Shown piece after piece: positions 51,101 through 61,304 of a stretch of 64,000 bases of DNA. A program made the translations under genes and the position numbers. Below the pieces are notes generated by a model that searched no databases, was not told where the DNA came from, and saw only the letters and a list, made by a program, of their open reading frames with translations. The stretch is from Dimorphilus gyrociliatus. Lineage: Eukaryota > Animalia > Annelida. Numbering within the stretch: position 1 is the stretch's first letter; each line of letters starts with the position of its first letter. Location: positions 176,028-240,027 of the forward strand of contig CAJFCJ010000046.1 of NCBI GenBank assembly GCA_904063045.1, written 5' to 3'.

Positions 51101-52680
51101 CAGTAATTTAAAAATGTTTATTGCCTTGAGAGTAGTTGATATATCAAATACGAAGATAACTGTATTATCTACCAATAGTTTGAAATTTATGAAGAGATTA
51201 TCTCATCTCTATATCAAAGATTGTAAATTATTAAAAATTGAGCAGGATGTTCTATTGATAAACAATTTAAAAGTGTTTGATTTATCTGGCAGCCATCTTC
51301 CAAAGAGTTCATTTAAATTTTTAGTTCAACATCTCAAAACAATTGAAATGATTAAAAGTAATTATTTTCTACTTTGTTGTTTCACTTTCAAATATACAAC
51401 AACAATTCAAAAATGCACACCAAAATCTTCAATTTTTAATACATGTTCAAATTTAATTGCTTCAACACTACTCACAATATTTCTATGCAGTTTTGGTATT
51501 TTTGCTACAATTTTAAATGTTTTTACCTTAAATTTTCACACAACGCTATCGAATACGAACCGTTCTAATTTATTTTATATTTCGATGTCATTTTCCGATC
51601 TATTAACAGCTTTATACTTGATTTTCATATCGGCAGTGAATGCTTACTTTAAGGGAAATTTTTTTGAACACAAAGAAAAATGGTCGTCTGGACAATTTTG
51701 TAAAATTTTAGGATGCATTATGAATTTTTCAATATTGTGCTCAACTTGTAGCCTTTTATTAATCAGTTATCAAAAATATCTAGCAATTGCCTTCCCAATG
51801 AATAATTCTTTTACCAAAACAAACACTCTACAATTATCCATTGTAAATTTCTCTCTATGCCTCTTTTTCAGTTTTCTACCAGTTTACTATTTTGATGTGA
51901 TTATTGATGGATTAAGTTTTAATTGTTTCATTGCGCAATGTCTAATATTTTACCTTTTTAAAACACAGAACTATTTTGGCAATTCTCCAATATGTTTTAA
52001 GTTATATATAAGAAGTGAATCAGGTGAAGGTTCAATATATTCTTTTACCATATTTGGAATAGTTATCTTTGCAATATCATTGCTAAATACAATATTTTAC
52101 ATTCAAATTATATCTAAAGTTAATGAAAATGATAAAACTATTGCTGTTGTAAAAAGTGCCGGAAGTAGAACCTTATCAAAGTCAATATATTTGATTATAT
52201 TTTCAAATCTTTTGTGCTCTCTCCCAATATCATTTCTAGGTTTGTTCAGTTGTATTGTTTTTGTGGTGAAGGAGAAAATCTTTGACAAAGACCAAAAATG
52301 TCTGGAATGAAGTGTGAACAACTGCAAAGTTTTTCTCCTGCACACCAAAGCAATTTCTCATCTCTTTTCTCTTATTAGGAATAATATCAATGCTATTTGA
52401 ATTCAAAATGAGTAATGAAGTATATGCAATTATTGTCCTAGTTTTTATTCCCCTAAACTCCATTTTAAACCCTTTATTCCATTCATATGGAAAATGTTTG
52501 GAAAGAATAAAGAGAAAGAGAATGGAAAATTACAACAGAATGTAAAATTTTCTCTATTCAAATGTTACTTTTAAAAAAAATTCCATTTCTTCCAACAGAA
52601 TTGTGAAAGCAGAACAAATTAATAATGATATCAGATATTTGTGTAAATTTTTCAAATATTCAAAAAAGCAATATCTCTAA
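48161..52680 (+). CDS. GRL101-like receptor: SRCR-like, C-type-lectin-like, multiple LDLa, LRR and 7TM domains (possibly damaged)
   Basis: SRCR-like YGSLQI..IVCQHLNY..DIHC; CTL-like DTCYYIF; LDLa repeats (CNGENDCFSGEDE, CDYRYDCSDMSDE, CDGINHCWYNDDE); LRRs (LYFLNLTNNKL). The 7TM includes SMSFSDLLTALYL, CKILG..YQKYLAIAFP and, after an intron, PLNSILNPLFHS. Confidence 0.8.
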
Positions 52681-53503
52681 TTTAAATTTTAAAAAATTAG
52701 GTTCCGAATTTATTTCATCATGTTCTAAAAATAATATTCAGTTTGTCAAATACAAACAAATTCATATACCAGTTGATTTTTCACAAAATCTTTCAAATCT
52801 TTATCAAATAGTTGACAATTTGAAAATGTCTCTTAAACCAATTAAATTTTGTCATGATTACAATTTTTCACTGAATGGTCAATTTGTTGAAAATATGATT
52901 TTTTATCATGTAATTATCAATTTTAAATTTATCTATTCATAAAAACTATGATGCTGACTATAGATTGGAGAAGAAGATATTAAGGAAATTGTTATCATTC
53001 CTCAAGATCTGAAACCAATTTCAAGTGGTTATTATTTCTATGATGATATTTTCTCTTATGGTAAATTTGTCAGCAAAATTTTGAAAAGGAGAATGATTTC
53101 AAAGAAAAAATGTTGATAATGAACACTTTCCTATAAAGTGTTGTCATTGTATTTTTGGTGTTTTTTCTCCAAAAAATTTCAATACAGTATTATTCTATCA
53201 TGTTTAAAAGAAAAGGAGACTCTAATGCTTTATTCATTGAAAATCTTTTATCATCGTTTCTTGAAATTTTTGCAGTTTGATCATTAGCTTTAATTCAAGT
53301 TCTTGCATTATCATTAATTGTTCAAGTTATTTGTATGAAATAGAATTTTCAAGTGTTTTTAGATAGAGAATGTCATTTGCAATAGTCAGCCAACATTTAG
53401 AATTATCTCGCCAATTTATTTTGCTTGAATATCTTATTATTGTATTTAAAAAAATCCTTGTTCAATTCAGTCTGTCCCAATTCTAAAACCGTTTTCTTCA
53501 TTC

Positions 53504-53560
53504 GGGTGCAGGAGAAAACGTCTACAGAGAGTAAACTTTGGGTTGAGGTTAGGGTCAAAG
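53504..53560 (+). repeat. Isolated MULE TIR followed by telomere-like repeats
   Basis: GGGTGCAGGAGAAAACGTCTACA matches the TIR at 8191/8989 (one mismatch) and is followed by GGGTTGAGGTTAGGG. Confidence 0.65.
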
Positions 53561-53729
53561 TGCAAAATGCACCTTCCATTCTTACTAGTTTATATTTATA
53601 GCTGAATGTCACAGATTTTTCCCACAATTCATCATCAGACTTTCCTAGTTCATAATGTTTCTTGATTACAAGACTCGTAAGACTATTACTCCATGCCGTA
53701 ATTAAAATAAATAGATAATTATTACATTT

Positions 53730-55100
53730 TATGGAGAATTACAATTACTGTTGAAAAATTCAATTGAAAGAATTGTACATCCATCTGATATCAGTCAAGA
53801 GAATACAACTAAACTTTGCTCTTCAATGGGCTATGATAACACTGATAGCGTTGCGTATTTTTGTGAGGAAACAAGTTGGAAAACCTTTTCAATATATAAA
53901 ATATAACTGTTACATTATATTCTTTGTTTACAGAGGACAAAAACACAGCTTTTGTAACTGACATTTCAGTTAATATTAGTGTGTATGTATACAAATCTGG
54001 TGTATTGATGAAAATGGCCACAATTGTTTCTTTTTGTCATTTTATTATTCTAACCCTGCTGAGTTATAGCAGTGGGTAAAGAAATGGTCATTTTTAACAG
54101 CTTCTCTTCATTTTCCTTCTTTAAAAAAAGAAAATAATACCTAAAAAAATTGTAGATATAAACTTTATGTTAATCATTCAGATGAAGATGGAAATGAAAT
54201 ATTCTGTTCAAAGTGCTATAAAACTAGTCAGCCATTTTGGATTTTTATATTCTTACTTTCTCACTTTTTCATAGATGATTTCTTCCACGGATCTATTTGC
54301 TATTCCAACCAAAAGTATTTTATTCACTTCTTCTACCTTTTACTTAGTTTTAAGAGATTTAAATAAAACTTTTAAAATATTTATGAAAAATGATAAAATT
54401 GAAAGAAATCTTTGCTCAAAAGTTCAATTTACGAAAACAACTGTTTCCCTAAAAGTTGAAAAGAATGTTATTGCAATTTTCAACAATTACTCTAATTATG
54501 AATTATTAGAAATTAATAATAACACCAATATATTCAAAAAATGTACAAAACATCATTTGTGCATATACTGTGTTGAATGGTAAAGACCCTGAATTTCTAT
54601 ATGGAATATTTTAAGTTGTAAATGGATTAAATCACCATTTTTTATCAAATGATGACAATTCAATTGTTTCACTGGAAGAGTACAAAAATAATTTATTCAT
54701 TTTTACTACTGGAAATATTTTGATTATAGCAAAACCCATAATAACAGCAATCTCATTTTGCCATAAATGGAAATTTTCCACTAATAATAATATATCTTTT
54801 GATACAATATCATTAAAGGTATGTTATTTGTTGCCAAATCTTATTTTTCATTCACACACTCTATCTCTCTCTAGAAAATGAAAAATGGTAGAAATGTTTG
54901 TGTTCTATTTGTAAATGAACTCTAAACTCTGGAAGAATCCATTGACAAATCAGATATATTTACATATGGTACATGCTTAAGGAAACTGATACAAAAATCA
55001 ACAACTTTAAGACATATAGTATTAAAACACAATGATGTTCAGCCAAAGTTTTGTCATTTACCTATTTTTTATAAATAAATTATCTTGAATTTTAATCAAC
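53730..55100 (+). pseudogene. Decayed paralog of the SRCR/MAM receptor exons
   Basis: YGELQLLLKN...SQENTTKLCSSMGYD parallels YGSLQIFD...IVCQHLNY at 48.2 kb. Downstream exons are fragmentary. Confidence 0.4.
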
Positions 55101-56068
55101 ATTTGTACATTTTCATTAAAGAATAACACCCTTAATGCACCTATGATTAAGAGATACTACAAGAAATTGATACATTGAATTCTTCAAAAATTTGTAGTCA
55201 TATGTAGGAAAAACTGCTACACAATCAGCATTAGTAGCTTCAAAATCAATGACAAATAATGCAAGCATCAGTGACATCTGGATATGAAAAGCTAAGAGTT
55301 GAGGATATTGCATTTCATATGGGAATTTAGCCAGAACATGTTTCTTTTGCCATCAGCATAGTAGCGCCATCTGTCATTCAAAAAACTAAAACTCTTTCTA
55401 AAATTCCACAGTTGTAATTATTATAAAATAGATGATGGGATTATGATGTTCAATCTTACTGTACATTGAATATTTTATAATCTTGTTTGTTATGAAACTT
55501 TGAAAACTTTGACATCACACTGGTGTGAAATACACAAAACTACTGATTAGTTTAAACTGAGTATAATTAGAACAACAGCTTTAGAAGAGTTGAGTAATTG
55601 GCAGAAAAAAACACATTTTATTTATAGTTGAAAGCCTTTTAACATTTCTAAGTGCAAAATCATCCTGACCTTTGTCTGTCAGATTGGTTAAATGATTTTG
55701 AAAGGACAAACTCTACAAAAGTATAAAACAAAGTACATAAATCGAAATATTTAATTAAATAACTCCAAAAAACTATTGTACTTTACATAAACTTCTATTA
55801 AAGATAAAAGAGAAATTATAATTGGGAGTGGTCTCTATCTTTTGTTGTCTTTTTCTAACTTGAATTGAAAAATAATTTCTAATGTTTTTCAAATGAAAAA
55901 GATCTCTTTTCATAAAAGTCTCTTTGAACATTGTACGTGTTATCTTCTATATTTATCTATTCATATATATATATATATATAGAAATAGCGTATTTAAACT
56001 TTCCAACTCTCTCTATTGCCACTCAACGTCTAAACTCATTGAAAAAATCAAGGAAAAGGAAGAAAAGC

Positions 56069-56698
56069 ATGGACAATGTTACCAACTCTGCTTTGGAGAC
56101 TGGTTCCCTATTCCCTGAGGCTAGGGCACTAACTATCTCAATATATATTTTGCAATCGATTTTCTTGGTTTTTGGAACAGTTGGAAATATTCTTAGCTTT
56201 TTGGTTTTCAGCAGACCATCAGTGAATAAAACAACATTATCATTATTTGTAAGATATCTATCAGATTTTGACACTTTAACATTATTTTCAAACATAGTGT
56301 TCAATTTAAGATCACTTCACGGCTTTTTTACTGTAAGTCAATCAGTTTTGAAATATTTCTTTTGTTCATTCTCCATTTATTTCACATTTTGGAGTGGACA
56401 TATAGCTAGTTGGTTAGTAGCAGCTATGACTATAGATAGGAGTATTCATGTACTTTTTCCAACAAAATCTAAGACTATATCAAGCAAGTTCCGGGCGAAA
56501 ATTGTTTGTGTTTGCATAATATCATTTTTTACAGTAATTTATCATTTCTTATTTTATGCGTTTGGCAAAGTATTCGTAATAGTTGATCCCAATGATAAAT
56601 GGTCTTCATCCGTATATTGTCAGGGTGTTAATTCAAACTTTGAGTACTTTTTATATAAAATCAGAATGAAAATGTCTACAACTTTTCACATGTCCTAG
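56069..56698 (+). pseudogene. Rhodopsin-class peptide/chemosensory GPCR, TM1-TM4 only
   Basis: GTVGNILSFLVF (TM1), YLSDFD (TM2), SWLVAAMTIDRSIHVLFP (DRY-like), TM4 and an ECL2 Cys, then a stop near a TIR-like GAAAATGTCTACA. Confidence 0.8.
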
Positions 56699-56829
56699 AG
56701 AGAAAGATAGACAGAGATCTTAGTGTTGTTAGTAACATGTTGGTTTATGCAGTATGTTATCTATTGTCTATTAAAATATAATTGTATTTTGTGAAAGGAT
56801 TGCAAACATGAATATAATTGCAAATTAAA

Positions 56830-57174
56830 TTTTAGTTTTGTTTATACATTTTTTTTAAATATTCCGGATATTTTTTCCAATCGATTTAGCGTTCGCTAGA
56901 TAAAAGAAGAGAAATTGCTGACTCAGCAGCAACTTTACAGAATTTTCTAAAACTTCTCTGGCTGTTCGTTTTGGGTTTAATCTGGATATTACGTTTGTCG
57001 CAAAACTCCATCCCTCACTCTTTTAATTTGTTCTTTATGTTGATGAACTGTGGCTGGGCGGCAATTGAATTTTGTTGCAATACTTCCTATGATCATTTTT
57101 AGCATTCTTAAATGATATGAGGATATTTTTCCCGTTTTTTGGAGATGAGTAATGCATTTTTTAAATATATCCAA
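56830..57174 (-). mobile_element. Possible Tc1-like HTH fragment
   Basis: SIATKFNCRPATVHQ resembles a Tc1 paired-like HTH. No catalytic domain was seen. Confidence 0.25.
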
Positions 57175-57484
57175 AAGAAATTGTATGTTCTATATTGTCT
57201 GTAGAACAAAAGATCAATATTTGAAGGCTATTTTTTTGACCTAGTTAAAGAAACCAATACTTGAAACACACGCATTATTGAAGTATCCGAACAAAATCCT
57301 TTTTTTTTTATTAATATTCATTCAATGAATATTTGTTGGATGACCTACTTTGTTGATGGCGTAATCATAAAATCATAATCCTAAACTATCAAAAGTAGAT
57401 TTAATAAGCACTGAATTTCCGTTTGGACACAAGAAATTTAATGGGACATGCGTCCAAATATATGGCTTTACCCAAACCCTAACC

Positions 57485-57655
57485 CTTTCTCTCTGTTGCT
57501 CTATCTCCTTCTTTCTCTGTCTCTCTTCCTCGGCCTCTGCCTTTGCCTACGTCACTGTCTTTTTCTCCTCTCCCTCTTTTTCTCCCGCCCCTTCTCTCGC
57601 TCTTTCTCTTTCTCTTTCCATCTTCTTCTTCCCTTTCTCTCTTTCTCCCTCTCTG
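57485..57655. repeat. ~170-nt polypyrimidine/polypurine low-complexity tract preceded by CCCAAACCCTAACCC
   Basis: Almost entirely C/T on the + strand. Confidence 0.9.
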
Positions 57656-57842
57656 TACTATTACTTAAATACAGCCAAATAAACTCTGTATAATTATGTA
57701 ATCTTTTATCAATCTTTCTTATCATTATCTCTGATGTTTTGAAATCTAAAAAAAATAAGAAAATGAGTCAATAGTTAATCTCTTTAACTGATTAATGAAA
57801 TTGATAGTATAATTTCATTTATCAATATATAATTACGAGACT

Positions 57843-59612
57843 ATGGAATTAAAACATATTCGGCTTTTTCTTTCGTTTTTTCTTGTTTTTTGTTCAAGTA
57901 ATCCAAAAATTTTAACTAACAAACAAATTGCCAACAGAATAGATGAATATGTTGGTGGTCTTGTAAAATGTAGAAAATTTATTGGAGCCAATTTAGCAGT
58001 TGTCAGAAATGGAAAGCATTATTTTAACTAAAGGTTATGGTTTGGCTAATGTAAGGAGGAATGAATCTGTTACATCTAATACCAAATTTCCTATTGCCTC
58101 AATCACTAAGAGCTTTCACACTAGTAGTAGTGAAATTACTAACAGAGAAACAATAAGGAGAAAATTTTCCAAGTTAAAACTATTAAGATACCACTTTTCT
58201 TTCAGATTAAGCATCAATACAAAAGTTAAGGAATTATGGTCAGGATATACAGCCTGGTCTGGATATAGCTATCATGATTTGACACTCAGGGATTTTCTTA
58301 CTCATACAATGGGGTTCCTAGACACAATTATATTTTGGTTTTATGAGGACAGAATAGAGACAATATAGTGAATAAGATCAGATTTTTAAGACCAAATTTA
58401 TCGCCAAGAATTGAACATCAATATAATAATTTATTTTATGTATTGAGTGGTAAAATTACTGAAGAGATTGCCAACAATTGGAAAGAATGGGAAAATCTTA
58501 TTGAAGATAGTTTCTTTAAACCTATTGGAATGGAAAATTCTGGTTTCTAACATAAACAAGACAATTATAATGGTTTTGTTTCACCATATGCTCCCTCTTT
58601 TAATGGAACACATGGCAACCTTGTCAAATATCCAGCTGATGTTTGGAGGTGTGAGACTTTTTCCTCTTGTTGTTCTCATTTTTCTTATCATAAACCTTTG
58701 CATTGTACAAGACATTCTTTTCAATTACACAGAAATGTTTGCAGGGCTGGACCATCAGGTTCCATTGTTTCTACAGCAAATGATATGCGTAAATGGTTAG
58801 CAATGATTGTGAACAAAGGTGTTGCCCTGAACAGTAAAAGGATTCTATCAGAAGAAGCGATTGAACATGTATTTGCTAATGAGATATCATTTAATGATTT
58901 CATACCAGAACTATTAGGTAACAAACCAGAATTAGGTAACAGAACAAGTTATGGTCTAGGCTATTGGAATGGATATCAATCTGGTGTTGAATTTCATCAA
59001 CATGGAGGTGATTCAACTGGTTTCCATTCAACTCATATTCTTATAAGATCAATCAAATCTGGTTTTTCTTTTTCAACAAATTATGGCCAACAATCACTTG
59101 AAAGAGCAATTTTGGAAAGTTCTATTCATGATATTCTCAAGGGAAGAGATTCATCAATCTCCTTAGTAAAGGCTTGTAATTCTGCCTTACATGAGAATCA
59201 CAATTCTGATACAACATTTCCAAACAAAAGAAATATTCCAAAATATTCTGAACTATTAAAAAAACAAAGATTTAACAACGAAAATATTACAAAATATACT
59301 GGTAAATATGATAATTGGGTCTATGGATTTATCAGTATTAAAAGTACTGGTGCTGCCATCTTTCGGCTATCTCTAGATTATGGAAATATGGGACAATTTA
59401 ACCTATTACCATCTGAAAAAAATATGTATATTGGAATTTGTAAACCTGGGCCTAGTGCACTAATACCGGATATGATTTTTCATTTTGGAGATGAACAAAA
59501 TGGAAAAATGAACAAACTAGTGGCATTTTCATTTGAGATATCCGATCCACCAATATTTGAAAGAGCATTAGGTCCAGAACCACCAGTTAATCATGAAAAA
59601 TGTATTGATTAA
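57843..59612 (+). CDS. Secreted serine beta-lactamase/PBP-like family protein with C-terminal extension (frameshifted; pseudogene or assembly errors)
   Basis: Signal peptide; KGYGLA; SxxK motif IASITKSF; LRDFLTHTMG; YxN motif QYNNLFY; GPSGSIVSTANDMRKW; HGG motif QHGGD. An in-frame GT-AG intron lies at 58649-58732. Confidence 0.85.
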
Positions 59613-60038
59613 TTTATTTAGAGAATTAAAATAGTTTGGTCCTATGCCTAGAGATGTCGTTAGTTTGACTTTGAAGAAAATAATCATTGTAGTATGAGAG
59701 ATTGCCTCTTGAACTATTCTAAAAAATTCCTGAAATTAGGGAATATTGTCTAATTTTGTATTCACTTTAAAATTCAAAAAAATCCAATAGTTAACAGGAT
59801 TTTTTCCACTTCATGCTCGTTAACCTTCAGTTCAGACCTACATAAACAAAAGAATATTGTAATAAAAATTTTCCTAAAACCATAAATGCCAAAAACCTTA
59901 CATTGAACTTTAGCCTAGAAAGCAAAACCTCATTTTTTAAATCAATATTCTATTGTTATTGAAAATAGCTAACTGCTTCACAAATGATATAATATATTCC
60001 ATCTTAGTGTGTTTAATATAAATGTTCAATAATACGTA

Positions 60039-60112
60039 GCTTCCATAGCTCAATTGGTTAGAGCGTCATGCTAAAAGTGTGAATGTCCTGGATTCGACCC
60101 CCAGTGGGACCA
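60039..60112 (+). tRNA. Decayed tRNA gene, most like tRNA-Ile(AAT); the anticodon now reads AAA
   Basis: A box TAGCTCAATTGGTTAGAGC, B-box-like GATTCGACCC, acceptor stem GCTTCCA/TGGGACC with a mismatch, anticodon arm TCATG-CTAAAAG-TGTGA, and a downstream T6 terminator. Confidence 0.7.
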
Positions 60113-60228
60113 ATAATTTTTTGCTTCCAATTGACAGTGTATATAAAACAATGAGGAAATAATGTCTGAAGTGGTGTCAGCTTTTCCCCAAAATAGAATT
60201 TCACTGATTTTAATTACAACAAAAAAAG

Positions 60229-60429
60229 GGATGCGACAGAAAAACAAATGACTACTTTAACCCTAACCCTAACCCATCACTAGGTTGTACCTAACCTTTT
60301 CCAATAGCCCTAACCCTAGGAGGAGAGCCTCCTAAGTAGAATTCAATTGCTGTATTCTGCTTCCTCACCATATTTCAATCAAAAATCTATCCTTCAAATT
60401 TCTCATTCATGGACTTTTCTGTCGACCCC
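60229..60429 (+). mobile_element. Telomere-repeat MITE with perfect 9-bp TSD
   Basis: TSD CAAAAAAAG at 60220-60228 and 60430-60438; TIR GGATGCGACAGAAAA / TTTTCTGTCGACCCC; central hairpin TAGGAGG-AGAG-CCTCCTA. Confidence 0.92.
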
Positions 60430-61304
60430 CAAAAAAAGCCATAGTGATGGATTGTTTTTATTATGGTTCTTGTATACTATTCAACATGCTGAATGGAAAA
60501 TTCGAATTGCTAGTAAAAATTTAATAATGAAATCTAGATATGTAAAGATGTTGTTACAAAATGAAACGAGAGACACAGAAAGAATATTGCAAATAAAAAT
60601 TAGACATGCTTTGAGAATAAAGAAAACTGGTATCCATCACTTTGGAAATATTTTGAGTTTTGTTATAATTTTTTTGAATATCTCCAACTGCTAAATATAT
60701 TATTGATTTTAATCTTAAACTAAATCCCTTGTTCTGCGTTATTGAAATTTTATAATTAAATTGGAAATCTTAAGGTCCAAAGTAGACCTAAATGTTGTAA
60801 AATATACTGAAGTGTCCTAAAATGTTGAATGTCTTAAAAAAGCCAAAATGTCATTTCATCAGCAGAGGAAAATGTAAAAGATTGAGGTAATTGATATTTC
60901 TATTCAGGTGCAATATCTAGATCATAAACCATTTGGATCAAATACTGTAACATTAGAAATGGCTGTTAAAAAATTGCAAGTGTAACAGAAAGATTAGTAA
61001 AATTTATCAATTTAATTTTGTAGTGGTCGTGATATTCAGCAAAATATATACCCAATGATTCACGTTTATAAGTGAAATTTCCTTAATAGTCATCCTGGTA
61101 TGAAACTATTTTTAGCAAAGTACAGTTAAATTTATACTTGATTCAATTCTAGCAAGTGGAATACAGTAAGATAAGGCTTATCAAATATTTTATCTTAAAA
61201 CTGAATATATGATAACAGTATCAATATATATATATAGCTAACCTACTCATACAGTCGCTTCGATCTTTCCATTACAGATCACAGGACTGAAAAAAAAAGA
61301 GATT

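Noticed and set aside
57448-57693. 81-aa ORF with hydrophobic F/L/S content
   Set aside because: It is simply the translation of a CT-rich low-complexity tract.
57843-59612. Bacterial contamination or a recent resistance-gene insertion
   Set aside because: The gene has a spliceosomal intron, host-like AT content and eukaryotic flanks.
3341-60429. True telomere or chromosome-fusion site
   Set aside because: TTAGGG runs are only 2-3 units long and mostly sit inside dispersed MITE copies.
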